Origin: Eledone cirrhosa
Lineage: Eukaryota
Direction of reading: 5' to 3'
Length of the DNA: 64,000 bases
Assembly: GCA_964016885.1 (NCBI GenBank)
Contig: OZ024743.1
Span: forward strand, 109,120,001 to 109,184,000
Of this stretch, positions 12,300-26,008 are shown piece after piece. The notes beneath the pieces were generated by a model. The model did no database searches and was not told where the DNA came from. It saw only the letters and a list, made by a program, of their open reading frames with translations. How positions within the stretch are numbered: the stretch's first letter is position 1; every line of letters begins with the position of its first letter. Both the position numbers and the translations under genes were made by a program.

Positions 12300-13611
12300 A
12301 GAAAAAAAATAATATTAACCACGTCTCACCGACGAGAATAAAGAGCGAGCATAAAAAAGAAACATACTTGCATTGTGGGACCTTTACAGGGAGCATAGAA
12401 TAGTAAAATGAAGAAAAGAAATGGAACCCGATTGAACGAAAGAGAGAAGAGATAGGAACGGCAGGCTCGCTACAATTAGGACGGATTAAATCACAAATCA
12501 GTCGAAAATATTAATGAATGTTCTTGTTGTTAACACAGTTCCCATGGATCGTGAAAACGAGATTTATCTACCTAAGTAAGCTGGGGTTTCCCCTAACTTA
12601 TTCGTTCGGCACGTGCGGGGGGGGGGGGGGGGGGGGGTTACCAGTTCCTCTTTCTTGTTTACCTCCTAAACAAGAAAGACGAACTGCATGCAAACACAGA
12701 TTTACCGCATGCAAACACATATTTCGTAGGACTTACCTCGCCCTCAAACCCCATAACCACCCAGGTAGGTAGACAAGGGCTGATATCCCCCCCCACTTAC
12801 CGAATAAGTTAGGGGAAACCCAGCTTACTTAGGTTGATGTATCTCTTTTCTTTTCCTCTTTTTCTTCTTCTTCCCCCTGTCTCATCCTATCACTTCCTTC
12901 CACCCCTATTTTCTTCCTCGTCTGCATTTCCCCTTTCGCCTACCCCGATGCAGCCCATCGAGCCTCTGTAGCATCAGTTCTGCCACCCTTGTAATTTTAA
13001 GATAGAATTGGCCGAATACGTTTTACTAACTACTTATAGCAGATGTGTTAAACCCCTTTAATTTTGTATCAGTTTTGTTACTACTCAATTTCTACAAGTT
13101 TTTTCTATTCTCAACTTATTAACCTGTAATTGTAAGATAGCATCGTGATTTTTTTATTTATTTCTCACTATCTAATTTTATTTATTTTTTTATTTCTTTC
13201 TATTATCTTTTATTGTCTTCGATTTACCTATTCTATTACCTCCCTCCTCCACTTCATACACTATCCTTAGTATCTGCTGTATACATATCACTTTCAACGC
13301 TTGACCGCTCCACTCACTCCGCTATTGTTTTACAGGCAAGTTCAGCCACCCGTACCTCCCAACAAATGCCATGATATACTTATTTGTGTTTACAACAAAT
13401 GTTAACCAATCCTCTTGACAACTACAATCCTCCCATATAATGAAGTACCCCCTTGACAAGTTCGGCTATTTATTCACCAGGCTAACAATTCTAATTTAGT
13501 CCAGAAATAGCCGTCGAAACGGCTTGAGTTCTGCCGTCGGGGTCATACTGTTTACTATTTCCCACTCCACTACCCTGAGCATTGAGTACTCCGGTACGTT
13601 ATGGTCCTTTG

Positions 13612-13612
<1 letters not shown>
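12300..13612 (+). mobile_element. Fold-back Naiad PLE 3' end: last codons, 3' UTR/pLTR and an inverted upstream copy
   Basis: Palindrome centred near 12663 (cagttc..tctttcttgttta cctcc taaacaagaaaga..gaactg). 12569-12635 is an inverted match to 12787-12834. LLNKKDEL...ACKH remnant; HHR at 13447. Confidence 0.75.
13447..13543 (+). ncRNA. Type I hammerhead ribozyme, U3-A8 core variant
   Basis: cccc-TTGACAA-g(tt)cggctattt...aaatagccg(t)c-GAAA-cggc(ttgagttct)gcc-GTC-gggg. Confidence 0.8.
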
Positions 13613-13649
<37 letters not shown>

Positions 13650-14867
13650 GTATGTTTATTTAAAAACATTTTGGAGGCTTTTCGCTATGGATTCTAAGTG
13701 ACATACCTACTTCGGGAAAGGCAGGCGGAAGTAATCGACGGCCACAGTTCTCACGTCATAGTGGTTATCATGATTACATATCATGACTACATATCTTTCC
13801 GCCTTTATAAGTTCTTGAACTCATTTGTATACAGAGCTGTTGCCGACCGAACGTTTATATATATTTATTTACAGAAATCTGTTCGTGTTGTATTCACTAC
13901 GTAAAGAATAGTGTAATATTTTATTTCGATCAGTCTTTTTCATACAAACAAGTTCATTTGTTGAATAGCTACCGTCTTCTATGTCAAGCGATAGGCCTGG
14001 TAAATATGACGTTGCACTATCATCCAAATCTACTACGACAACAATAATTTCTGTTCTGATAGTATGGATTCTTGAGCAAAATAAAAATAAGAAAACAATT
14101 GCTTAGATAATATAGGGACAAAATGTGCTGACGGGATATTAGAGCTATATATTTAGAAAACTTAACCCGATAAACAGAGAAAATATTACATTAGTGACGA
14201 GGGATCTATTAAATATATGGTGCAATTAACAATTTTTTTAGAAGTATATTTACAGTAGATTTAAAAGTATGTGGTTGATTGTTCGTTTTGATTTTAGCTG
14301 CTAAATAGTAAATAATATATAATTGATTATTTAATTATTAATATATAACATTAAATTTGCAGGAATAAATAAAAAAACTTATTTGTGTGCAGTATTCAAA
14401 CGTGTATCAAAGTAGCTTAGAATATTTTAATTACAACACCTTATGGATTAACTATTCATATATTAGGCATTCTCAGTAACAATTTGAGCAAAAAAGGAGT
14501 ATCATACTTCCCTAAGTTAACTTGCAGGTAATTATAGTTTACACTGCCAAATACTATTTGTCAAATCATACACCTACGTCTAATCTTTCCAGCTTTTTCC
14601 TATGTGAGCTACTTTATGTCTACAATGAATGTCCGATAATTAGCATAAAAATAACGAGTTAATTGACCTAAAATTGTTATCTACTATATTCATTATATTC
14701 ACAGTAGGGAGAAACACACGAACGTGACTATTAAAACGAAAAATAACCGCATCAATGAAAATTCTAATTGAAAAAAATGTAACATCTGAAGGTATAGCAA
14801 GAAACATGAGCTGGAGGACATATCAATGGTTCCAGTGCACGTCAATCTGCATCGTTCTCTTTTCTAT

Positions 14868-14968
14868 CTTACGGGGTCGATAAAATAAAGGACCAGTAAC
14901 GTACTGGGTCGATATAATAGACACACCCCCAACAAATTATTGGCCTTGTGCCTATACTAGAAATCATT
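14868..14968 (+). mobile_element. SINE 3' fragment
   Basis: ttacggggtcgataaaataaaggaccagt...ggccttgtgcctatactagaaa. Confidence 0.7.
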
Positions 14969-16181
14969 ATTTATTGTAAGAAACACGATAGAAACAGGCA
15001 TAATATTCTCATAATTTCTTCAAAATTTATTCACTGTCACTATCTCTCTCTTCTTGTCATCCTACCCTCTCTCTGTCTTTATAATTCCTCTCCCTTCTCA
15101 GAGATTAGAATTGTATACAGAGACTATATCGTAGTAATACACTAATCGTCTGTCATGAATGAGAACTTCCGTGGGAACGAATATTATTTATTTTACATCA
15201 GCAAAGCTCTCAAATTTGTTTCATTTACAAATATCCTATTTTGCATCACCAATGAACTTTGTCTATCATTTTATGTTGTATCAGAATATTTTAATCTATT
15301 ATTTCAGGTTGATAAATAAATTATCATTACAATAATGGAAGCAATTCTTCCATTAACCTACAGTATACTTTCATATACTTCCTTTTCCTTCTTTGTAAGA
15401 TCTCGCATGTGTTTAGGCGCACCAGGTTTAAATCCTCAAGATATGTCGTATATTAGAATAGTGACACTACAGCTTTATTATGAGTTCAGAGTTCCTTCAT
15501 TTTCTTTATTTAGAATAACGCATATAGTACCACATGGCATTCTTTTTTTTTAAAGATAGATTTATGCTATAATGAATAAGCCGGTTTTATTTCTAGCAGT
15601 CTAAACTACCACGTAGAACTTTTCTCGGCTCAACTCTTAGCTTACGCGTCTACAGACGTCTACGTCCACCAAGTCAATATGACCTAGCATTATCAATTAA
15701 CGTTATAATATAGAGAGCACATTTTTTGTTGATATCTCTAATGGTTTCAGCATCTTTTACTTCAATGTTTGCACAAATAATGATATCAAACATAAATTCT
15801 TTCCTCGTGTCGATATGGATTTATAATTGTGATTTGCAAAAAAACCTTTGCTCATCTCGATTATGGATATATAATTGGAATTTACCAAATGTATATGAAC
15901 AACTCATTTAATTGGTACTGAGATAAATGTAACATAATTTGAAAGGCAATAATTTAATCCAAATCAGATTGGATACGTCATCATGAAAACACGGAATTAT
16001 ATTTATGTTAAAAAGTCAAGAAAAACTAAAATAAAAAGTGAAAGAAGTAACTTTCAACTTAATATTAGCAGCTGTACTTCGTTTAAAGCATTAATTCTCT
16101 TTTCTTTCACCAAATTAAACATGAGAATGCATAAATGCATCCGCTCCCTTTTTTCTCGCCCTATCTCCCTAACTGTAACTC

Positions 16182-16258
<77 letters not shown>

Positions 16259-16290
16259 ATAAATGGAAACTATATTTATAAAACCATATT

Positions 16291-16356
16291 TATTTCATTA
16301 TATATATTTCAGGGATATCATATTAACAATATGCTATGCCTTCCTCAGACAAAATA
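16291..16356 (-). ncRNA. Minimal type I hammerhead ribozyme in the 3' pLTR (element sense)
   Basis: Reverse complement: tattttgt-CTGAGGA-aggcatagcatatt..aatatgatatccct-GAAA-tatata-TA-atgaaata. Confidence 0.85.
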
Positions 16357-17689
16357 CAATATAAACAGTTTTATAGATAAATAGATTCGACATACCGTAA
16401 CAACATCGACTTGCATCTGAAGAGGTTGATTTGGCAGTGAAAAAATTGTACACAGAGAGAAAGAAAGAGAGAAAAAAGAAAGAAAGACAGAAAACGAAGA
16501 AAAAGAAGAAAAAAAAGAAGAAAAAGAAGAAATGCATGGAAGAAAATAGAGAGATGGAAAGATAGATAAAGAGAAGAACTTCATGTAAAGAAACAGAAAG
16601 AGATATATATATAGAGAGAGAGAGGAAATAGAGATAGATACATATATATATAGAAAATTAGGTAGTGGGACGTCTGTTGAGTAAACGTATCAATGATACA
16701 TTTATTTATTTATTTATTTAGCTCTAGTATTAATGTAAGGGAGATATATATAGAGAGAAAAACATATAGAGAGAGAAAAAATATAGAGAGAGAAAAAAAT
16801 TTAAAAATAACCAGATATAGGCGAGGCGTAAAAAACCCTATGTTTTAATGTAGAGGTATTAGTATTTATAAAACAGCCACTATATTGTAAATATCAGTAT
16901 TCCTGAATGAGACAAGTATCCATAATGTGTGAAATTTAATGATCTTATGTTTAGTTTTTAAAAAAAATTCATATGTTTATGTGATAGCTACAAACATCCA
17001 TGTGAATCTACATGATCAACTCTGCAAACCCTAGGTTCACGGAAAACATTCTCAATGTGGTATAAAAATTTAAGTATACATATATGTGTATTACTATTCC
17101 TGTCTTTACTCTACAAGATTATCTATCAAGCAGAAATAGAGAGCAGATTTCAATATACTAATAAAAATATATATCAGAAACAAAACTAAAAAATAACAAT
17201 AATAATAATAAGTAATAATAAAATAGAAAACTAAAAAAATATTACGACAGAATATTACACATTAAAAAATTTACATATTAAGAATATTAAAAATACAAAT
17301 ATTAGAAAATACTACAATAATAAAAAATAAAAATAAACCACAAAGATCAACCCTTCAAAATTAATTGACAATATATTGCCAAGTTCATTATAAGCATCAG
17401 AGTCGAAAAACAGATAAAGCCAAAAATTATCTATCAAATCACATCTAGCAAAGATCATTTCAAAAAGTTTAGGATGCCCAATTTGGTCTACATGTGTTCT
17501 TATATTTAATATAGAAGTTTATCTAGTGTAACGTTTATTCGAAATATTTGGAGCATCAGCTTTTAGGGTAGCTTAATTTTTCATGAGGAATGTTTAAATA
17601 AAAATAAAATAAAAATAAAAAGAATAAAAAGAAGGAATCAAAGAATTATCGGCTAGTTTCCCATATAAATATAAATCAAACTAAATATA

Positions 17690-19493
17690 CTACATTTTAA
17701 ATTTAAATTTATATTTAAACGTTGAGTTTAATCTATGTTTGCAACAACTGAATAAATTTGTCCGTAGATTAAGGGAATTTTTAGATTTTAGTATAAAGAA
17801 TATCTCCTCTGCGCAGAGGTCACATGTCTCAGAGGATGAATTAAAAGGAATCCCTCTTGAGACTATATTCCAAGCCGTCGAATATCTAACGTTATCTAGC
17901 TTAAGTTGCCAGAGTACGCCTGATAGTGCCGTTGAAGATTTTTTGCTTGGATCTGTGAAAGAATTCTTGTGGTTATTATAGCGAAGTTTAAATTCCGTCG
18001 ATGTGGAACCGACGTAGTTAAAAGAATTAGAGTCAGTATTAACATTACAATTGTATACTATATTTTTAACTAAGCAGTTGTTATTTAACGGACATTTAGA
18101 TCTATCTCTACAGTTACATTTGTTAACTTGTATATTATTTATGCTATTATCACTAGGTTTTAAGTTCCTATTATTTATTCTATTAATATTTTGTGCTAAA
18201 TTTTTGGTGGATGAGTAGGTTAATTTTATTGTATGTCTATTGAAAATTGAGTGATACCTATGTGTTCTAGGGAAGCGATTATCAAGAGCTTTGAAAAATA
18301 GTTTAGCGATGTGGGTTTTAATGTTTAGTGAGAAAGGGGGGGCAAACCAAATTATGTTCCTAGTTCTATTTCTTTTTTGGCCCTTGGAATTATTGTAATG
18401 CTTTCTATTATAGTTGTTAAGGTTGTTGTCGTAATTAAAATAGTTGTTATTTTGTTTAGTTTGTTTATCATTATCTATGTACATAATCTTATCAGTATAT
18501 CCTGCTCTAGCTAACGCTTCATTGTAGTACTGGGCTTTTTCGTCGAAAATCTTTCTATTAGACGAGATTCTAGAGATACGTTTTTGAACAGAGTTTACTA
18601 TAGTGTTTTTGACAGATCTGGGGTGGTTAGAGTTAAAGTTGACATAGTTTAAGTTTTCATTCAACTTGTGAAAAGGATAGTGAAGACATGTGTTGAGATT
18701 TAATGTTATATCTAGGAAATTGACTATTTTATGGTTGTTCTCAATTTCTATTTTAAGATTAAAGTAATTAAAAAATTGTGTAATTTGTCTACATTTTCTA
18801 TTTAGTTCAGAGTTATTATTATCAATAAGTAAAAGCATGTCATCTCTATATAAACCTCCGGTAGTACCAGGTATTTTCCTATGTAGCGAATTGATTAAAA
18901 ATAAGCCCACAAGGTCAGTTACCTGAGCTGAGTCGGATGATCCCATAGTTATGTCAAAACTGCTATCTCTATCTGCTCTGGTCCATAGTTTGTCATTAAA
19001 TTCTATCAAAGTTTTCCTAGCCGATAATATAATATGCATTTCATTGCTAGTTAGGTCAGTATGTTTGAATGCGTAATTTAGTGCCTTATTTAGTAGATTA
19101 GGGGTAATAGAAGAATAATAGTTAGCTATATCAAGTTGAATAAACTTATTATTATTGTTATATTTAATTTGCTTAAACCACTCAACAACCTCTCCAGTTC
19201 CCTTCCACAAGCTCAGGTTAGATAAACAATCCAAGTTCTTAATTTGCTGTATCACCCTGTCAAGAATGTTTTTGCTTAATTTTCCCAGGTCCGATTTTGA
19301 TGGTGCGATCAATCTAACTGGCAGGTCATTTTCAAAATTCCTCTTGTGATCTTTCATATTGATCTTCGGTTTCCTGGGCACGAAAGGTTGTGTTCTGTTC
19401 TCAATTTCCAACTCGTGCATTATACAAGATGCTTCGACATTCATTTTCTCAAGTTCGGCCTTATCTGCTACCTTGTACTTTTTCCTCAGCTCT
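17690..19493 (-). CDS. Penelope-like RT + C-terminal GIY-YIG endonuclease (Naiad type); N-terminus missing
   Basis: Uninterrupted frame with FIQLDIANYYSSI, DITMGSSDS, GGLYRDD, VNFLDITLNL, the CNC-x5-CPL-x3-C linker, IVYNC...YVGST...RYNNH, and CDLC...CCKH. The poly-K start of the track ORF (to 19591) comes from the inverted repeat. Confidence 0.93.
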
Positions 19494-19665
19494 TTCTTTT
19501 TCTTCTTTTTTTTCTTCTTTTTCTTCGTTTTCTGTCTTTCTTTCTTTTTTCTCTCTTTCTTTCTCTCTGTGTACAATTTTTTCACTGCCAAATCAACCTC
19601 TTCAAATGCAAGTCGATGTTGTTACGGTATGTCGAATCTATTTATCTATAAAACTGTTTATATTG

Positions 19666-19731
19666 TATTTTGTCTGAGGAAGGCATAGCATATTATTAAT
19701 ATGATATCCCTGAAATATATATAATGAAATA
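19666..19731 (+). ncRNA. Minimal type I hammerhead ribozyme in the inverted pLTR
   Basis: tattttgt-CTGAGGA-agg...cct-GAAA-tatata-TA-atgaaata; palindromic stem III. Confidence 0.85.
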
Positions 19732-19859
19732 AATATGGTTTTATAAATATAGTTTCCATTTATTTAATATTGTAAATATACTCCAAATATTTGTCGAGTG
19801 GTTTTATATCAGTTATAAATATTTACTAGTTGTAACCCAACAATTTTAAATATAACTTT

Positions 19860-19912
<53 letters not shown>

Positions 19913-19915
<3 letters not shown>

Positions 19916-20108
19916 CGAAGGAAGTGTGGTAAGGAACGAGGTGGACCATAACGCACCAGAGTACTCAATACTTAGGGTAGTAGAGTGGTACATAGGAAAA
20001 TGTTCAAGACCCCGACGGCAGAGCTCAAGCCGTTTCGACGGCTATTTCTGGACTCAGAGTCCAGAAATAGATTGAGTTCTACCGTCGTGGTTTTGAACAT
20101 TTTCCTAT
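19913..20108 (-). mobile_element. Tiny fold-back PLE 3'-end relic (3' half of the HHR) in (TA)n
   Basis: Reverse complement of 13499-13612-like sequence, folded back at ctatttctggactc-a-gagtccagaaatag. Confidence 0.8.
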
Positions 20109-20200
20109 ATATATAAACACATTTATATGTTTATCTATATGAGTATACGTAAGTATATGTTTGTATATGTACACATCTGTCTGTCTCTCTCTCTCTATCT

Positions 20201-20243
<43 letters not shown>

Positions 20244-20253
20244 CCTCTCTCTC

Positions 20254-20294
<41 letters not shown>

Positions 20295-21025
20295 ATATCT
20301 CTATGTATAAATATATATATATGTATGTATGTATATGATTGTATGTATGTATGCATTCATTTCTACATGCAATCCTATCTATGAATGTTGTATAGTACTC
20401 GGTGTCTGATAGATAGATACATATCTATCTACCTACATAGCTTCCTTCCTTCTTAAATAGTTACATATACACATATATAATTATAATGTGTTTCAGGAAT
20501 ACGGGCCATGATTAAAACAAATCTCATATTTCTACATTCCTTGGCTTGAAGAAATCGCCTATATGCTGCTAAATTGCCTTAACTTCTTGATTGAAATTGA
20601 AATAAGTTTGCGCTAAATGATTTTTCTATCCTTTTATAATTGTTCCAGTACTCTCTGTCACCAGAAGTATATGAAAATATATTGCACATTATATATACAG
20701 CTTCAGAAATGAGTCGATTTCTCCGACTTCCAACTGAGCGAGGGAACATTGGATAAGAATATCCAAGGGCGTTAATTGAGAAATTCATTTGCTGCAGATA
20801 CTTAATGGGATGTAAGAGCATTGAAGATGCATGTGACTTTGGGAAATGTGTTAGTAATTCTTATGATTATAAAACGTATAAATGTGTAAATATAATTTAA
20901 AAAATAATTTGCGTATTTACCTTTCTCTCTTAAACATTACCTCTCTCATTTTCTTTCTCTTATTCTCTCAAATTTTCTCACTCTTTTTCTCTCTCATTTA
21001 TTCTTTCTTTTTCTCTCTGTGTCGT

Positions 21026-21401
<376 letters not shown>

Positions 21402-21480
21402 TATACATATATATAAGAATGATAATTGTTATATCTTTTTTCAAAACCGTAAGAGAATCATTCTGTCATTACCATTATAG

Positions 21481-21566
21481 ACGTCTGACGAGCTTTTGAT
21501 TCCTGTGTCGGGCCAGATTGGTTCAGATCGATCCTTGAGCTGATCAATCGTGAACACGCGTCACAT
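21481..21566 (+). ncRNA. Degenerate hammerhead (same family as 27989-28073)
   Basis: CTGACGAgc...cagatcga...tgatca...GAAC acgc-GTC, followed by aataaa; GAAA is mutated. Confidence 0.55.
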
Positions 21567-22034
21567 CTCAATAAACATAATGAAGGTATTATACTACGTC
21601 CTTTCTATTATTATTAGCATGTATATGCATGCATGTTGATGCGTATATCTCTGGAAGTTTTTACACATATTCTCTTTACTATTTATGATTACATTCAATT
21701 AAGTATAATTAGTTTATTTCTGGTACTCATGTTATATTTTCTACTTCCCTGTACAAGGGTTTTAATTAATCAACTATCTATTTTCCTTTGATTACATTTT
21801 TTTTTATAAATTAGAAATGATTGTATGTAGACGAAATTGAACCTTAACATTTCACATACATCTTTTATTTTCGTTGATCATTCACAACTGGGAAGTAATT
21901 TATTGCAAATGAATTACGTATTAATTGAAGACAATGGCGGTAATATTGCAAGCACAGTTTTTAATGCATTCTGGTGAATACATATGCACGTATAACCTCT
22001 TATATATTAACAGGCATATAAATACATGTACATG

Positions 22035-22248
<214 letters not shown>

Positions 22249-22262
22249 TATACATATATATA

Positions 22263-22355
<93 letters not shown>

Positions 22356-22644
22356 GTGTGTGTGTGAGTGCGTGTTTGTGTGTGTGCATGCATGTGTTTG
22401 TTAAGTAAGTCGGTAATTACAGTTACCGGTAGTTTACCGTTCTAGGCTGTCCATGTTATTATAATTGTTCGTTCCGTTTTGGATTTTGATCGAGAAGTAA
22501 GGCGGTTGTAGTGTACTTACTCTTATAAGTAAGTGTGTGTACATGTATTTCTATGCCTGTTTATACATAAGAGGTTATACCTGCATATGTATACATCAGA
22601 ATGCATTAGTCAGATTCCTTTAGAAAGCACCTCATATATATATA

Positions 22645-22706
22645 TAGTTTCGGTCTACGGACCTTCTGGTTATGGGCCCAGCACACTTCCACTACGTGAC
22701 TCTACT
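22645..22706 (-). pseudogene. Initiator tRNA-Met (CAT) pseudogene, 3'-truncated
   Basis: Reverse complement AGTAGAGTCACGTAGTGGAAGTGTGCTGGGCCCATAACCAGAAGGTCCGTAGACCGAAACTA matches eukaryotic tRNA-iMet, including the GCTGGGCCCATAACC anticodon arm and a GAtCGAAAC-like T loop. The 3' acceptor strand is replaced by (TA)n. Confidence 0.85.
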
Positions 22707-22719
22707 ACGAACAGTAGGG

Positions 22720-22843
22720 ATTCAGCCGTCGAAACGGACGGAGCTCAGCCGTCGGTGTCCTGAATCTTTTCATATTGCCAACACTTCTTCCCCCAGTATC
22801 GAGTACTCTGGTTGGTTACGGTCGTTCTAGTATTTTACCAAAG
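22720..22843 (+). mobile_element. PLE pLTR 3'-end relic (3' half of the HHR plus tail)
   Basis: agccgtcGAAAcggacggagctcagccGTCggtgtcctga...gagtactctgg; same family as 13500-13612 and 21170-21299. Confidence 0.8.
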
Positions 22844-22857
22844 CCTATCTGATATAT

Positions 22858-22919
<62 letters not shown>

Positions 22920-23871
22920 GAATAAGCACACGCATCTTGCGAGCTGTGAACTGTAACTCACAACGAGAAATTCCTGACTGGTCACAAAATATACTTCTTT
23001 CCTAGTAGCCATTCCAACTTCTAATGACACACTAACACAATCTGTTGGCTTCTTTCATGTTTTTTTCCACCACTTCAAAATATACACTAATGTAGTCATG
23101 CATGTATATTGGTATATTTGTTTGAATTAACATATAAATTATCTAGCTTATTTGACCATAGATACATCGATGATTTATCTGTGTAAGTACATAATTTATA
23201 TGCGCAACCTCATCCACTTAATTTTAATTTTTTTCCGGATCTCCTTGATGATATGCAGAATTTAAGTGTACACCACGAGATAGTGGATTACATAATGATT
23301 CGGCTTTCGTAGGTGGGTGCATAACTGTATTGAAACATGTATTATATATATCATTATACAATAAATGATTCTTCGATCTTCAACACATTTTGCCTAGATT
23401 TTTCTGAAACGCTGTTCATTCTATATTACTGCGTGGACTATTTTTGAAAAGTATGCACCTTACTTAGTGACGCATCTTGTATCATCAAATCATATATATT
23501 ACACAAATCAAACATCCACGTAATTTAAATAAATTCGAGCAGCCACCCACGACATTTATCAGGATGGTAACTGGTTCCTTCCCCACGGACACCTCTTGAT
23601 AGTTTGCAATAAATCCGAACATATTTGGAACCATTAAATTTGCTAAGATAACTTTCTATCGTTCTCAGTCGTTTATCTCACTTATGTTGTCCTATTTTCT
23701 AAAATTCTTATTATTTGTCACTTATATCTCTCACGCACTGTCAGACTTCCACATAATCAAACTTATTTCCTAGTTATATTTGTATTTCTTATTCCACGAT
23801 GCTTCAAGAAAACTACAACACTTGATTGTTATATATAATATAAACATTGATATATACATACACACACACAT

Positions 23872-23981
<110 letters not shown>

Positions 23982-24010
23982 GTATATATATATATATATA
24001 TATATATACA

Positions 24011-24127
<117 letters not shown>

Positions 24128-24146
24128 TGTATATATATATATATAT

Positions 24147-24203
<57 letters not shown>

Positions 24204-24590
24204 TATGTATATATATATATATTTATATGTATGGATATTTCCTCATATGGGTGTGTATGTAGGAAGATTTTACCTGAAAGTATACGAATATAATTGCGAA
24301 TTTATTGGACACCGCACCGAAATGTTTCAATGTATGCACGAGATTTTCAGCCAAACAGCAATTGCATTGGATTGCTCAGGTGTATTCTAGCGGAGTATAA
24401 TTACTATAATTAGAATACATTGCATTTACAGGTTCCCTAAGCATTGAAAACATAAAAGTATTTCTATTCAATATTTACAATAGATGTAAAATATCTTACT
24501 CAGTCATCCGCATACTACCTCCCAAACGCACACATGTAACATGTATGTTTATATATATATATATATACGAGTGTGTGAATTAGTGTCATA

Positions 24591-24635
<45 letters not shown>

Positions 24636-25330
24636 GGTGTGTGCACGTATATATACATCTACATGTCTTTTTGAATATGTACTGGATCAGAAAAAAAAAG
24701 AGTAATTTGAGGAAATTTGTATTAAGTGAGTTTTCCATATTCTCGTGGTAATAATTAGTGAATGGAAAATGTATGCAAATTTATTGAGGCTAAAATTATG
24801 ATATAATTATTTTAATCAATAATAAGTAATTATACGTTAGGTACAGAAGAATTTATATTATAATTCACAAGCCCAGTCCTACAAATGAGTCATCTTACGA
24901 CATACTGTAGAGAAATATATGTTCAACTGATGGAAATAAATACATAGCTCTGAAGCGGCCGTCTACTGGAATGCTTCTTTCATTGAATGGCTGAACCTAT
25001 GCGTATGGTTATTGCTCTTAAAAATAATAAACAATTGCTCATATATAAATAAAATACAGAATAATTATTATTACCTTTTTTGATAGCACAGGCATTTATA
25101 TATGCATTTATATATTCATACATGCACACATAACACATACACGCTAGTGCAAAATACATAAATAGATATATGTATGTAAGCATATATGTATATATATATA
25201 TATATATTACATCGAGTTCTTCATGCAGAATAGACCCCACATCTTACTGTAGATACCTCTGTATATATATATATATATATAAAATAAAGTTAAATAAAAG
25301 TCAAATGATTACAATTTAGCTTCGTTTATT

Positions 25331-25385
25331 ACTGCTATATATATTTCAGTGACAGCCATCTTTGGCTGTGACCTCTTCAGGCAGT
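25331..25385 (-). ncRNA. Minimal type I hammerhead ribozyme
   Basis: Reverse complement: actgc-CTGAAGA-ggtcacagcca(aaga)tggctgtcact-GAAA-tatata-TA-gcagt, followed by aataaa. Lies in a ~210-bp insert between (TA)n tracts. Confidence 0.9.
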
Positions 25386-25491
25386 TTGAATTAGTATGGT
25401 ATAGACAAGTACATATGTTGTTTAGGTGTATAATATTGTCAATACTCTGATATGCCTAGTTCCTTCTTGGGTTGTTAATTCACTGAGGAAC

Positions 25492-25585
<94 letters not shown>

Positions 25586-25891
25586 TATATAGTAATAATA
25601 ATAAATTTGAATACTAATCCAAAGAGGGCTCGATAAGGATAAATATATATCAAATATATAAGAGCCCTAGAGCAAATATTTTTTTAAATAACAGATTAAA
25701 GTTTAAGCAAAGAATCGCTGCTTTCACCCTTAACGGGATCTTCTGAAACTAAAACAAATTCATCTGTGAACGCAGAAGTAAATATTTTGAAAAGTGTTGC
25801 AACCGAAGGATAAACAGGAAGACGATACTTTGGTTCGTGGATACGTTCCCTGGCAATGAACGGAAAAAAGCGAAGATAATACATCATATGC

Positions 25892-26008
25892 AGAGTTCAA
25901 ATCCCGCCGAGGTTGACTTTGCCTTTCATCCTTACGGGGTCGTTAAAATAAAGTACCAGGAATGCACTGGGTAATTGCTGGCCTTGTGCCTAAAGTAGAA
26001 ACAATTAT
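25892..26008 (+). mobile_element. SINE, 5'-truncated
   Basis: gagttcaaatcccgccgaggttgactttgcctttcatcc...gtagaaacaatt. Confidence 0.85.

Larger units (their letters stand above)
16251..19862 (-). mobile_element. Young Naiad-type Penelope-like element, 5'-truncated, with inverted pseudo-LTRs, inserted in (TA)n
   Basis: 16251-16528 and ~19494-19771 are near-identical inverted repeats (only a few differences seen), each holding an HHR. (TA)n lies on both flanks; long AT-rich 3' UTR. Confidence 0.92.

Noticed and set aside
16410-16450. CTGAAGA...GAAA on the + strand as a second hammerhead
   Set aside because: No convincing stems, and the partner copy reads TTGAAGA; the real HHR is on the opposite strand.
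16530-19493. Selenoprotein Naiad (UGA-Sec plus SECIS), known for some Naiads
   Set aside because: All zinc-finger positions are Cys codons and there is no in-frame UGA. A SECIS could not be identified by eye; SECISearch3 would settle it.
19494-19591. Poly-lysine N-terminus of the 633-aa ORF as a real domain or NLS
   Set aside because: It is the antisense reading of the inverted pLTR; there is no ATG start and the fusion appears fortuitous.
20579-20821. 80-aa ORF in non-repetitive DNA as a host exon
   Set aside because: No recognisable motif or supported splice structure.
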